Shown: positions 11,832 to 25,956 of the stretch, in pieces
Layout of the letters: every line of letters begins with the position of its first letter
How positions within the stretch are numbered: position 1 is the first letter of the stretch
DNA from: Eledone cirrhosa
Lineage: Eukaryota
NCBI GenBank assembly: GCA_964016885.1
Contig: CAXHJY010001285.1
Coordinates: 42,157-106,156, forward strand
Reading direction: 5' to 3'
DNA length: 64,000 bases
The notes under the pieces: generated by a model
What the model saw: only the letters and a program-made list of their open reading frames with translations
What the model was told of the DNA's origin: nothing
Database searches by the model: none
Position numbers and translations under genes: made by a program

Positions 11832-13225
11832 CGTGTGTGTGTGTGTGTCTTATTGTAAGTATGATGGCATTAAAACTTAGTCAGAGAAATATTTTTAGGG
11901 AAAGAAAGAAAAAATGTGTTTTTTATATGTTGTATTTATATATATATTTGTTTGTTTTTTGTAGTGTCGTGCGTGTATGTGTGTTTTCGTTTGTTTGTTT
12001 GTCACAAAAATTTTGTGGTGGGGAATTAAAAAACAGAGTACAGTATTAGTAATTGTTTCTACTTTAGGCACAAGGCCAGCAATTACCCAGTGCATTACTG
12101 GTACTTTATTTTATCGACCCCGTAAGGATGAAAGGCAAAGTCAACCTCGGCGAGATTTGAACTCAGATCGTAAAGGGACGTAACTATGCTTGAAAGCATG
12201 GCGTCCGACCCTCTACCGATACTGCCAATCCACCGCCCTGAGTACAGTATTAGTAATGGCTTCCAATCTGGAATTTGGATAGAAGTTATTTTGGAAAGTG
12301 TATAAGTAATTGTGTTGTTTGTGTGTGTGTGTGTGTGTGTGTATGTGTGTGTGTGTTTTCGTTTAAATTTGTTAAGAAATAGTTTTTCTTTGTTTATTCT
12401 TTGTTGTGTGAAAGAATCTGAGCACTTATAAAAGGAGAAGTTTTTAAAGCTGGGTAGGGTCACTCCTGCACAATCTGCAATGTGGCCGCTTAAGGGGATT
12501 TTTTTTTGTGTTTAAGTCTCGGATTTGTTGTCGATGGATGGTCATTCTTTTGCGTAATGACAAACACGTCTGCCCTATGTAGTTATGTCGGCACCCACCG
12601 CCTGTGATTACGTAGATCAGGTTCTCTTAGTTGAGGGTGAAGTTCTTACACTGTAAATCTTTGGCCATTTTTAAATGTGAATTTTTGTCCTTCAATTAAG
12701 TATAGGCATATGTCACAGTTTGTTCTTCCGCATTCTGTTACTATAGGGTTGGAGATTGGTTTGTGTATATTTCTTCCAGTGAGAATGAGTTTCAATGATT
12801 CGGGCTGCCTTTTAATTTTAATCTAGTGCATCTAGGATTTCTTTTTAATTTTTACATCTTTAAATAGAATAGAGAGTATTTTGTGTAGGATGTCGAACAT
12901 TTCGGTGTTTCTGGGGTTGAACGTGGATACATATGGTAAGGAATTGTTTATGTTTCTGTGCTTTGGATCGTTAAGTTAATGAAAATTTAGGTGTTTTGCT
13001 TTGTCTATTCCGTTATTAATTACGTCAAGTTTGAAGGCTCTTAAGGTAAGTGCGTATTTTAGTTCATTTAGTCTTTGTTACCATTTTGTTGGGTCTGATA
13101 CTAAGGTACATATATGTAAAAAGGGAATGTTAAGTTGTGTATGTTTTAGGTGATTTGATGTGAAGAGGGGGTACTGTTTGGAGTCCGTGCGTTTATAAAA
13201 GATGTCCGTTTCTATTTTCCATTTT
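11250..13225 (-). mobile_element. Neptune-type PLE, 5'-truncated and decayed (RT thumb, Cys linker, GIY-YIG, 3' UTR)
   Basis: TDIFYKRTDSKQY, LPYVSTFNP, CGRTNCDIC, YIGQT..LRKRMTIHRQQI. Same family as 37377-37866. The 3' UTR extent is approximate. Confidence 0.8.
12051..12238 (-). mobile_element. SINE family A, full length with target-site duplication
   Basis: GAGTACAGTATTAGTAAT at 12036-12053 and 12240-12257. Confidence 0.92.
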
Positions 13226-13708
13226 AAATACACACATACACACACACACGCACATAAATATCTGTGTGTGAGAGTCCTGGATTCAATAATAGATAACCAC
13301 AGTAAGTAATTTACTCAATAAATTAATAGAGTATATACAACACAATTCAATCTAAAATATCTTCTACATGACTAGAACTGTTCCATTCAAAGGTAACAGT
13401 TATAGTCCTGTAGTCCTTTAGAGGTCATTTCTAGATTATATATATATATATATATATATACATGTAAAGTTAATATTTAAAATTGTTGGGTTACAACTAG
13501 TAAATATTTATAACTGATATAAAAGCACTCGACAAATACTTGGAGTATATTTACAATATTAAATAAATATAGTGTAAGTTTTATAAATACTAATACATTA
13601 AAACATAGGGTTTTCTACGCCTCGAATATGTCTGGCTATTTTTAAATTTTTCTCTCTCTATATCTCTCTATATCTCTCTATATATCTCCCTTACATTAAT
13701 ACTTGAGC

Positions 13709-13743
<35 letters not shown>

Positions 13744-14110
13744 ATGCATCATTGATACACTTACTCAAAATGACCTCCCACTACCTAATTTTTCTATATC
13801 TATATTTATATATGTATCTATCTCTATTTCCTCTCTCTCTCTATATATATATATATATCTCTTTCGGTCTCTTTACATGAAGCTCTTCGCTTTATCTATT
13901 TTTCCATCTCTCTATTTTGTCCCATGCATTTCTTCTTTTTCTTCTTTTTCTTCCTTTTCTTCGTTTTGTCTTTCTTTCTTTCTTATTTCCCTCTTTTCTC
14001 TCTCTCTTTCTTTCTCTCTGTATTTTCACTGCTAGAGTGAACCTCTTCAAATGAAGTTGATGTTTATTACGGTATGTCGAATATATTTATCTATAAAACT
14101 GTTTATATTG

Positions 14111-14176
14111 TATTTTGTCTGATGAAGGCATAGCATATTGTTAATATGATATCCCCGAAATATATATAATGAAATA
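14111..14176 (+). ncRNA. Type I hammerhead ribozyme in the 5' pLTR
   Basis: TATTTTGT CTGATGA [stem II] GAAA tatata TA ATGAAATA. An outer stem I extension TATAAAAC/GTTTTATA is possible. Confidence 0.85.
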
Positions 14177-14356
14177 GATATGGTTTTATAAATATAGTTT
14201 TCCATTTATTTAATATTGTAAATATACTCCAAGTATTTGTCGAGTGCTTTTATATCAGTTATAAATATTTACTAGTTGTAACCCAACAATTTTAAATATT
14301 AACTTTACATGTATCTTGCTCCAATACTGTTGAGCGCTTTATATTATAACTGAAAA

Positions 14357-16569
14357 ATGGAATTCTTTAAGATTACTTCCTCTCTAAAAGACATACCTCT
14401 ACCTAGAAACAAAGACTTTGTAAAACAACTAATAGATAAATCTGACTCTTTTATAAGGAGAATCAGGTGGCGTGCATTCCACTTTGATAAATTTAATGCA
14501 GACGAAAATATCTCGGACTTAAACAAAGTTTTCAAATCTAAAAGAAATCCACCCCCTAACAAACTTTTATCTGACTTTGAAAACGATATAATTTCTATCA
14601 TACAAGGGGTCAAATTCAAGAGAAACTTTAAAGGCCAGGAATATCTGAAAGGCATTAAGGATAACATTGAGAGCTTAGAGAAAACTGAGAAGATCTTGGT
14701 GAAATCTGACAAGACCAACAACCTCTATGGAGTGCAGAAAGACATGTATAATGGCCTCATACTGAAAGAGCTGAGGAAAAAATACAAGGTAGCAGATAAG
14801 ACCGAACTTGTGAAAATGAATGTTGAAGCATCTTGTATAATGCATGAGTTGGAAATTGAGAACAGAACACAACCTTTCGTGCCCAGGAAACCGAAGATCA
14901 ATATGAAGGACCACAAGAGGAATTTTGAGATTGACCTGCCAGTTAGATTAATCGCACCTTCAAAATCGGACCTGGGCAAATTAAGCAAAAACATTCTTGA
15001 CAGGGTGATACTGCAAATTAAGAACTTGGATTATGTATCTAACCTGAGCTTGTGGAAGGGAACTGGAGAGGTTGTTGAGTGGTTTAGGCAAATTAAATAT
15101 GACAATAATAATAGGTTTATTCAACTTGATATAGCTAACTATTATTCTTCTATTACCCCTAGTCTACTAAATAAGGCACTAAATTACGCATTCAAACATA
15201 CGGACCTAACTAGCAAAGAAATGCATATTATATTATCGGCTAGGAAAACTTTGATAGAATTTGATGACAAATTATGGACCAGAGCAGATAGAGATAGCAA
15301 TTTTGACATAACTATGGGATCTTCCGACTCAGCTCAGTAACTGACCTTGTGGGCTTATTTTTAATCAATTCGCTACATAGGAAAATACCTGGTACTACCG
15401 GAGGTTTATATAGGGATGACATGCTTTTACTTATTAATAATAATAACCCTGAACTAAATAGAAAATGTAAACAAATTACAAAATTTTTTAATTACTTTAA
15501 CCTTAAAATAGAAATTGAGAACAACCATAGAATAGTCAATTTCCTAGATATAACATTAAATCTCAACACATGTCTCCACTATCCTTTTCACAAGTTGAAT
15601 GAAAACTTAAACTATGTCAACTTTAACTCTAACCACCCCAGATCTGTCAAAAACACTATAGTAAACTCAGTCCAAAAACGTATCTCTAGGATCTCGTCGA
15701 ATAGAAAGATTTTTGACGAAAAGGCCCAATACTATAATGATGCACTAGCTAGGGCAGGGTATGCTGATAAGATTGTGTACATAGATAATGATAAACAAAC
15801 TAAACAAAGTAACAACTTTTTTAATTATGGCAACAACATTAACAACTATAATAGAAAGCATTACAATAATTCCAAAGGACAAAAAAGAAATAGAACTAGG
15901 AACATAATTTGGTTTGCCCCCCCTTTCTCACTAAACATTAAAACCCACATCGCTAAATTATTTTTCAAAGCTCTTGATAATCGCTTCCCTAGAACACATA
16001 GGTACCACTCAATCTTCAATAGGCATACAATTAAATTAACCTACTCATCCACCAAAAATTTAGCACAAAATATTAATAGAATAAATAATAGGAACTTAAA
16101 ACCTACTGATAATAGCATAAATAATATACAAGTTAACAAATGTAACTGTAGAGATAGATCTAAATGTCCGTTAAATAACAACTGCTTAGTTAAAAATATA
16201 GTATACAATTGTAATGTTAATACTGACTCTAATTCTTTTAACTACGTCGGTTCCACATCGACGGAATTTAAACTTCGCTATAATAACCACAAGAACTCTT
16301 TCACAGATCCAAATAAAAAATCTTCAACGGCACTATCAGGTGTACTCTGGCAACTTAAGCTAGATAACGTTAGATATTCGACGGCTTGGAATATAGTCTC
16401 AAGAGGGATTCCTTTTAATTCATCCTCTGAGACATGTGACCTCTGCGCAGAGGAGATAGTCTTTATACTAAAATCTAAAAATTCCCTTAACCTACGGACA
16501 AATTTATTCAGTTGTTGCAAACATAGATTAAACTCAACGTTTAAATATAAATTTAAATTTAAAATGTAG
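14357..16569 (+). pseudogene. PLE RT + C-terminal GIY-YIG endonuclease (about 737 aa once a 1-nt frameshift at about 15337 is repaired)
   Basis: SLKDIPLP..RIRWRA, KSDKT, FIQLDIANYYSSI, TMGSSDSAQ|(V)TDLVG, GLYRDD, NFLDITL, SNHP, CNCRDRSKCPLNNNCL, NIVY..YVG..FKLRYNNH, CDLCAEE, LN, CKH. Confidence 0.92.
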
Positions 16570-17722
16570 TATATTTAGTTTGATTTATATTTATATGAGA
16601 ACTAGCCGATAAATCTTTTGATTCCTAAATCTTTGATTCCCTCTTTTTACTCTTTTTATTGTTTATTTTATTTTATTTATTTTTATTTTTATTTTTATTT
16701 TTATTTTTATTTTTATTTTTATCTAAACATTCCTCATGAAAAATTAAGCTACCCTAAAAGCCGATGCTCCAAATTTTCTGAATTAACCTTACACTTGATA
16801 AACTTATATATTAAATATAGGAACATATGTAGACATTATTGGACATCATAATCTTTTTTGCGATATTCCTTGCTAGATGTGATTTGATAGATAATTTTTG
16901 GCTTTGTCTTGTAGTGAACTTGGCAATATATTGTCAATTAACCTTGAAGGGTTGTTCTTTGTGGTTTATTTTTATTTTCATTTTTATTTTTATTTTCATT
17001 TTTATTTTTATTTTTATTTTTATTCTTTTAGTATTGTAGTATTCTATAATATTTTTATATTTTTATTTTTTATTTTTTATATGTAAATTTTTTTTACATG
17101 TAAATTTTTATTTTTAAATTTTTATTTTTAATATTTTTAATATTTTTATATGTAAAGTTTTAATACGTAATATTTTTAATACGTAGTATTTTTAATATGC
17201 AATATTTTTATTATGTAATATTCTTTCGTAATATTCTTTTTTAGTTTTCTATTCTATATTTTTATATTTTTATATATTTTTACTTATTATCATTATTATT
17301 GTTATCTCTGCTTATAATATAATATATATTTTCGATTAGTATATTGAAATCTGCTCTCTATTTCTGCTTGATAGATAATCTTGTAGAGTAATCGCAAGAA
17401 TAATAATACGCTCAAATTTTTATACCACATTGAGAATGTTTTCCGGTAACTTTGAATTTGCGGAGTGAATCAGTTGGATTCACATAGACATATGAATTTT
17501 TTTTTTAAAAACTAAACATAAGATAATGAATTTTCACGCATTGTGAATACTTGTTTCATTCAGGAATACTGATATTTACAATATAGTGTAAGTTTTATAA
17601 ATACTAATACATTAAAACATAGGGTTTTCTACGCCTCGAATATGTCTGGCTATTTTTAAATTTTTCTCTCTATATATCTCTCTATATCTCTCTATATATC
17701 TCCCTTACATTAATACTTGAGC

Positions 17723-17757
<35 letters not shown>

Positions 17758-18118
17758 ATGCATCATTGATACACTTACTCAAAATGACCTCCCACTACCT
17801 AATTTTTCTATATCTATATTTATATATGTATCTATCTCTATTTCCTCTCTCTCTATATATATATATCTCTTTCGGTCTCTTTACATGAAGCTCTTCGCTT
17901 TATCTATTTTTCCATCTCTCTATTTTGTCCCATGCATTTCTTCTTTTTCTTCTTTTTCTTCCTTTTCTTCGTTTTGTCTTTCTTTCTTTCTTATTTCCCT
18001 CTTTTCTCTCTCTCTTTCTTTCTCTCTGTATTTTCACTGCTAGAGTGAACCTCTTCAAATGAAGTTGATGTTTATTACGGTATGTCGAATATATTTATCT
18101 ATAAAACTGTTTATATTG

Positions 18119-18184
18119 TATTTTGTCTGATGAAGGCATAGCATATTGTTAATATGATATCCCCGAAATATATATAATGAAATA
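18119..18184 (+). ncRNA. Type I hammerhead ribozyme in the 3' pLTR
   Basis: Identical to 14111-14176. Confidence 0.85.
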
Positions 18185-18222
18185 GATATGGTTTTATAAA
18201 TATAGTTTTCCATTTATTTAAT

Positions 18223-18321
<99 letters not shown>

Positions 18322-18659
18322 CTGCGTGTGTGTGTGTGTGTGTATGTGTCTATATGTGTGTGTGTGCGTGTGTGTGTGTTTATATATATATACACATGCA
18401 CAGGCGGTAATGTAGCAAAGTAAACAATGTACTCACGGTGAATACATTTAAACTGAGAGGAGGGAGAAAAAGAGGGTACAAATATGTACAAAGACATATA
18501 TATATATATTTATATATATATACTTAGGTTAATAGGAGTTAGGTATTGTATACCCGTGTCCCATTAAGGTATTGGCAGCATAATAATTAGCTCTATGCTT
18601 TGGAGCAGAGCCGTATATATGATAAAGAACACAAGAGCGTCTACAACATCAAAAGATTT

Positions 18660-18715
18660 TTATTGGCTTACAATGTTTCTTCCTTACGTAACCGTAGGAT
18701 TCGTCAGAGCTATAA
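18660..18715 (-). ncRNA. Type I hammerhead motif (intact core)
   Basis: tatagct CTGACGA a-tcctacg-gtta-cgtaagga-a GAAA cattg TA agccaata. The inverted partner at 21185-21240(+) has core CGGACGA. Confidence 0.75.
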
Positions 18716-19875
18716 AAGGGCTTTCATTGGTATTATGGACTCTACCAACCAAACATTCAAGAACAAAGAGTAAAGAGAGTAAAGAGCAAAAGCAGGGGAC
18801 GATAAGTCTAATTTTATTGCGGGAGGGTGGGGTTTGGGTCCTTGTTTACTAGCTGTGGTCATATTCATTCCCGGGAGTCGAGTGGTTAGTTGAGCCATAG
18901 ATGGGGTGGCGTCGATAGTATGGTGCAGAGGGTGTGCGGAGGCTACACACACACAAAAGACATACAATATATATATAATGGAGGAGGTAATTAGAAATGG
19001 AAAAAGCGTAATAATAATAATCTATAATTAATAATGTATAATAAGGCATGGGGAAGATTACACTATAATAAGGTATAAAAGTAAGTATAAGGTAAAATAT
19101 AAAGGAGGATAAAAGTGAAAATAAGAATAAAGATAAAAAAATATATATAAAAAATATATAGAGAATATATAAAGAAATATAAGCAAGTATTAGGAGGGGA
19201 AAACACAATGTAAAAAAACAGATCTTTTCAAACAAAAATATTATAAATATAGGGGAAGAAAACGGGATAGAGAAATATAATCAAATGTGATTATTTGAGA
19301 GAATATAAGATGTTAATAGTTATGTCAAGTTTATACATCCTAATAATAAACAATCTGTATATCAGAGTTACACATCCTTCAATTCACCTGCAGGTTCAAG
19401 CCACGTGGCATAGTCCATTGTTCATCCGTGCGGCCTTGTGCGTTTGTTTTTGACACCACAGCAGATGCACAAGTTCGTAAATTCCAATGCAGATAGAAAT
19501 CTATTTTTGCTCACCCAGACATTGACGGAGGATCCAATATTCCTAGTTCAATATGTGTGTGGTGTTATTTTGGTCGCGCAAATCAATCAGTTGGTTCAAT
19601 ATTATGGAGTATGGTTTTCTGGTCTTCGTAACAGTGTCACTGGTTGTATATCTCGAAATCACAAGGATCACAGTACTCCGGTTTGGTGTGATTATCGGTC
19701 ATCCAACTATGTTGTCGGTGGTTGGATTCAATTCTATTGCCCCCAACGTAGAACTTTGGTGTCGATTGAACATTAACGAGGCAGAGTGAGATCGCATCTG
19801 TCGTGCAAAACTGTACGCAATGAAATTCTTCGTCTTCGTTTCATCCGGGTCCAGCAGTCACGTGCAAGAACCGCT

Positions 19876-20158
19876 ACGTAGTAATTGTGAGGGTAATCGG
19901 TCAAGATAGTAACTGACCGAGAATTCTCTTAGGAATTCAGACCGGCATGACACGTACATTTAGGTCAGCAGTTTCTTTATGTGTACGTGTGTCCGATACA
20001 CACAGACACATATTTATACGTAGTAATTGTGAGGGTAATCGGTCAAGATAGTAACTGACCGAAATTTTCTTAGGAATTCAGACAGGCATGACAGGTACAT
20101 TTAGGTCAGCAGTTTCTTTATGTGTACGTGTGTCCGATACACACAGACACATATCTAT
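19876..20158. repeat. Tandem duplication, about 141 bp x2
   Basis: TACGTAGTAATTGTGAGGGTAATCGGTCAAG... at 19876 and 20018. Confidence 0.9.
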
Positions 20159-21352
20159 ATGTATTTCAACTCAAAAAATTCAATTGACTCGCTTATTGAT
20201 GTTATATCTCTGTTGCTCCGATGTGCATGTTGTGGTGTTCTGGTCATGTTTAGTATTCACTGTGTTTTGCCATTACCTTGGAATGTGATGTTATGGTCAT
20301 CAATAGTCCGGCAAGCGCATTCTTCTCTTATATTGTGGAGAATGGTGTTCTGGTCCTCAGTAAACATTTGGGTCAGCAGGAGGGGTGGTGGTTCTCAGTT
20401 TCAACTGCGACAATACATATGTGTTACTCCACATATCGTGCTCCTCTCAAAGAGGAGTATTATAGGAGGAATTCATGCCAAATACCACATATAGAGAAGA
20501 CTTCTACAGAAAAAATATACATACATACACACACATATACATATCATACACACACACATACACATATACACATACATATACATATACACATACATATCAC
20601 ATATACACATACACACAGTATAATACAGATGCATACAATATACATATATATATATACATACAATATACATGTATACAATACACGCCCACATGCATGCATG
20701 CATGCACACACGTACGCACACATACATACCGATGTCTGTGTGTGTGTGTGTGTGTGAGAGAGAGAAAAGGAGGATACACACACACACATACACACAGACA
20801 CACACATACGCACACACACAAACACCAACCTTGTAGGGGACTGTTCCACCCTCAGGATACCTATATATCTGGGTTATGGGTTGGGGGGAAGCCATAGTCA
20901 AGGAGGGGTATGTCTAGGTGGGGGTTGCATAATATATGTTACGTCTATGTGCTAGGTTTAAAATAGAAGAAGGAACTCAGGATTTTGTGTTGGCAAGAGG
21001 AGAAAATTTCCGATTTCCTGTTAAGCAGGTTCAGTTTAGAGTGTATTATGGCATGGCATTCCAGTAAACACAGGTCACAACTCCCGCTCTGCGGTCGGTA
21101 TGGCGTGGATCTAGTAAGCTTACTCTTTACTCTTTGTTCTTGAATGTTTGGTTGGTAGAGTCCATAACACCAATCAAACCCCTCTTATAGCTCGGACGAA
21201 TCCTACGGTTACGTAAGGAAGAAACATTGTAAGCCAATAAAAATCTGTTGATGTTGTAGACGCTCTTGTGTTCTTTATCATATATTTATATATATATATG
21301 GAAAAAACGAAACGAAATTTCATTTCTCACTGTTAGTACGGCTGTTACTTAA

Positions 21353-21923
21353 ATATAAGTATGTATACGTACATACATATATGTATAGAGACGTACAGTA
21401 GTATGTATATACATACATGCACACATATATTTATGTACGTATGGGTTTACCGAACATTTATTATAATGCTCGGTTTGTTTGTAAACAAACAGCCCGAATT
21501 AAGCCGTACAGTGTTTAGCAACCATCGTTGCCCTTTGTTCAACACTGACAAAGGAACGATGTACTAGTTTCAAGCTTATTAGCTATCGTCAGCATCGTAT
21601 ACCTTCCTGCCAGATGATTGAACGTCTGAAAGTATATACTTTCCTTATGCATATTAACGGCTGAGCAGCCTAATTTGCATATCGAGTGAGTTAGTCGGGC
21701 GGGCGCACCGAATACGATAAATGTCAGTGTTGAACAAAAGGGCAACGATGGTTGTTAAACACTGTACGACTTAATTCGGGCTGTTTGTTTACAAACAGAC
21801 CGAGTATTATAATAAGTGTTCTGTAAACCCATACATACATATAATATATGTGTGCATGTATATATATATACATACTACTGTACGTCTGTATACATATATG
21901 TAAGTACGTATACATACTTATAT
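21353..21923. mobile_element. MITE/foldback element with about 200 bp terminal inverted repeats
   Basis: 21353-21550 is the reverse complement of 21722-21923, around a 170 bp non-coding core with TA-rich ends. Confidence 0.75.
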
Positions 21924-22122
21924 ATATATATATATATACACACACAGTTCAAGAGTAATCAATCTTAAAGAGAGAGATGGAGATAGGAGAGGAGATAGGA
22001 GAGGAGAGATTGGCGAATTAGTTAGAAGCCAAAGCGTAAAGGCATGTACTCAATGTGCAATATGTAGTGGAAGGAAGCTAGGTGGCTGGGTTCATGCAGA
22101 GGTTAGGTGCACAGAGCTGGAA

Positions 22123-24663
22123 ATATTCATTAGTTAAGCAAAACAAGACCACAAGTTTCACAAGGAAACATTATTAAAAGATTGTCATCATATTTTAGTT
22201 TGATGTAAGGAATGTAGAGAATAATAATAATAATATTAATAATAATAATATCCGTTTACAATTGTTTCGCTACTCTATATAATATTTCTGGATCAAATAA
22301 TTATAGATCATTATTGATCTGGTTCAGTTAAAAATAATTAACATAGGTAAAAATAGAGCAGCTCGTCGGAACTTCAAAAGGAATATAAATTAATATAAAT
22401 GAAGATTGTTCCATATATTGGTATTTCACTATGGTATCCTGGGTATATCTATTGTCTGCCATAGTCGAACAGTATTTTTCTGCCGAGGCTGCATTGTCTA
22501 TGGGTAACAAGATGGCCGCAAATGTACATATTTACCTTACTAATTAGAGGGTGGTTTCAGGGGAAGTAACTCCTCGAGAGATTAGAAATTGTGGGTAGTT
22601 TATAGTTAAGTGCTATTTTTTTAATTCTTTAATTGAGAGAAAATGTGAGGAGGTAACTTATAATTATCTAAGTTAGCTATAACTATTTAACTTATTAGCT
22701 ACAAGTAAAAATGGGGCTAGATGACTATGTTGGGTCAAATATTCTGTTGGCGAAGGAATTAGCCCTTCGATGTTGACAGCTAATAGTTACCTCCGTTCTA
22801 TCGTTAATCGGTAGAGGTCGTGATAGTGTTATGTAATATGCTTCGGTAAGACAGAGGTCACAAGATTTTCATCGTCCATTGAACGGTTGGGCCCTAGCCA
22901 AGATATCCCATGTTAGTGAGTGTTCAATGTTAGTTAAGTTAAGGTTTATAATGAGCCTAGCTAGGGATGTCGAACATCTGTTGTTAGGGTCTCGGAAGGA
23001 AAAACAGTGCGCATTATAGCGTACCTTAAAAGGGTTAGAGGTACATCCGATATATGAGCTGGTATGCGAAGCAGTTTTAACCGTCCACCTATAAACTATA
23101 TTGGGTGTCAGGCAATGTCCATTTAGTGGGCATGCATTAGGGTAACGGCAGTTGTAGTTACTTCTGCGGTTAGTGAGAGTAGGGTTGTTTAACCTAAGCG
23201 GTTGGTCAGTGCTAGACGGATTAGATAGGGGAGGTGTGCTACTAGAGTAAGTATTGGTGTAGTGGCGTGGTGTATTTGATGGGGGTGGTGGTACCGCGGT
23301 GTGGGAGTTATACTGTCTTAGTTTATGATGGTTACTGAATGCGATGTGGCTAGCTAGGTTAGGTGTTGTGGAGAATGAGATTTTAATGTCATTTTTATTA
23401 AAGAGTTTGTAATATTTATGGTTGGGGGGGGGGTTAGATAGGATAGAGAAGAAGCGTTTAGGGATATTAGTGGCTAGATTAGATGAGAATGGGGGTTAAG
23501 CCAGGTGATATTTCTAGGCCTATTCCTTCTAGGGGTTCTAGTGGAGTTGGTATGGGCATTCATAAGGTTATTATTACCTGGGCATTTGTTATTTGTTATC
23601 CCATTGCTCATTCCTATTCTAGGGTTGATTTTTAGTTTGCTACTTGGAGTGGGAAGCAGGCCACTGCCACCATAATAGTTCCCTGTATAAGTGCTGTTAC
23701 TACTAAAATTCCGGCGAATCTGGCTATATGCTAAGGTATTTCTAGTTCTAGTGTTAAGTTTATTATGGTTGTGGTGAAGTGTTGTGTTATGGCATTTAGG
23801 TATGTGGTAAATGTACTGTTCATACCCAGATTCAGAAAGAGCCTTATTATCATATGCCGCATGGTTTATAAATATCTCCTCATTTGCTGATAGCATGGAG
23901 ATCCTATACGAGATAGATTTGATTACTGCTCTGATTACCGAAGCATATTACATAACTCTATCACGACCTCTACCGATGAACGATAGAACGGAGGTAACTA
24001 TTAGCTGTCAACATGGAAGGGCTAATTCCTTCGCCAACAGAATATTTGACCCAACATAGTTATCTAGCCCCATTGTTACTTGTAGCTAAAAAGTTAAATA
24101 GTTATAGCTAACTTAGATAATTATAAGTTACCTCCCTTACATTGTCTCTCATTTAAAAAATTAAAAAATTAGCTCCTAACTATAAACTACCCACTATTTC
24201 TAATCGCTCGAGGAGTTACTTCACCTGAAACAACCCTCTAATTAGTAAGATAAGTATGTCCATTGGCGGCCATCTTATTACCCATAAGCAGATCTCACAC
24301 AATGCAGCCTCGAGAGAAGAATACTGTTCGACTATGGCAGACAATAGATATACCCAGGACACCATAGTAAAATACCAATATATGGAACATTACATTTATG
24401 TAACATTCTATCCTTATTTTAATTTATATTCCTTTTGAAGTCCGATGAGCTACTCTATTTTTACCTGTGTTAATTATTTTCAACTGAACCAGATCAATAA
24501 TGATCTATAATCATTTGATCCAGAAATATTATATGGAGTAGCGAAACAATTGTAAACGGACATTATTATTATTCTCTACATTCCTTACATCAAAATAAAT
24601 ATGTTGACAATCTTTTAATAATGTCTTCCTTGTGAAATTTGTGGTCTTGTTTTGCTTAACTAA

Positions 24664-24670
<7 letters not shown>
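22123..24670 (-). mobile_element. Hydra-type PLE 3' fragment with about 730 bp inverted pLTR arms (22123-22849 / 23935-24670)
   Basis: Minus strand: NCRYPNACPLNGHCLTPNIVY, YIGCTSNPFKVRYNAH, CDLCLTE, RNITWLNP. Right end at (TA)n. Confidence 0.88.
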
Positions 24671-24718
<48 letters not shown>

Positions 24719-25101
24719 GTGTGTGTGTGTGTATGTGTGTGTGTGTAATGTGGGGGGGTGTCTAAACAAACGATCGGAGCGTTGGGTGAGATGAAATTAT
24801 TTGATATGAAGAACATCTCGAACGCAGATCATAACTGTGAACACAGTCAGTTGCTAAAATAATAGCTGAAAACATCGGGTATAATATTCCTATAGACGAA
24901 AAATGTAGCCAGCAAATATTTTACCTTATTTTCAACGCTATTATTTATAGCAATCGACTGTGTGTGTGTATGTATGTATGTATATCATCATCATCATCGT
25001 TTTTACGTCCGCTTTTCCTTGCTTGAATGGGTTTGAATGGGTTCTTCTCAGCACGCCATCTCACCACACGTCACTTTCCTTTGTTATCGCCTCTGTGAGT
25101 C

Positions 25102-25799
<698 letters not shown>

Positions 25800-25919
25800 A
25801 TACATAAAAACATACCCCAGTAGACAAAACTCCCGCCCCCCGTTCTTTTCTTTCTTCATATTCCCATTGCATTTTAAGTTACCTTAAATAGCAACTACTC
25901 AGCCATTTCTATTCTCCAT

Positions 25920-25956
<37 letters not shown>

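Larger units (their letters stand above)
13458..18228 (+). mobile_element. Near-intact Penelope-like element (Hydra-type): inverted tail + pLTR + ORF + pLTR
   Basis: Direct repeats 13566-14220 and 17580-18228 differ almost only in microsatellite length. 13458-13568 is an inverted copy of 14204-14314. (TA)n on both flanks. Confidence 0.93.
18614..21285. mobile_element. Foldback PLE-like relic bounded by about 165 bp inverted hammerhead-bearing termini (18615-18778 / 21120-21285)
   Basis: The arms are reverse complements and each carries a hammerhead motif. The interior is mostly non-coding, with a weak PRGLN GIY-YIG-like end on the minus strand near 19400. Confidence 0.65.

Noticed and set aside
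18614-21285. DIRS-type retrotransposon (inverted termini)
   Set aside because: No RT, RNase H or tyrosine recombinase motifs were recognised; the hammerhead-bearing ends point to a PLE origin
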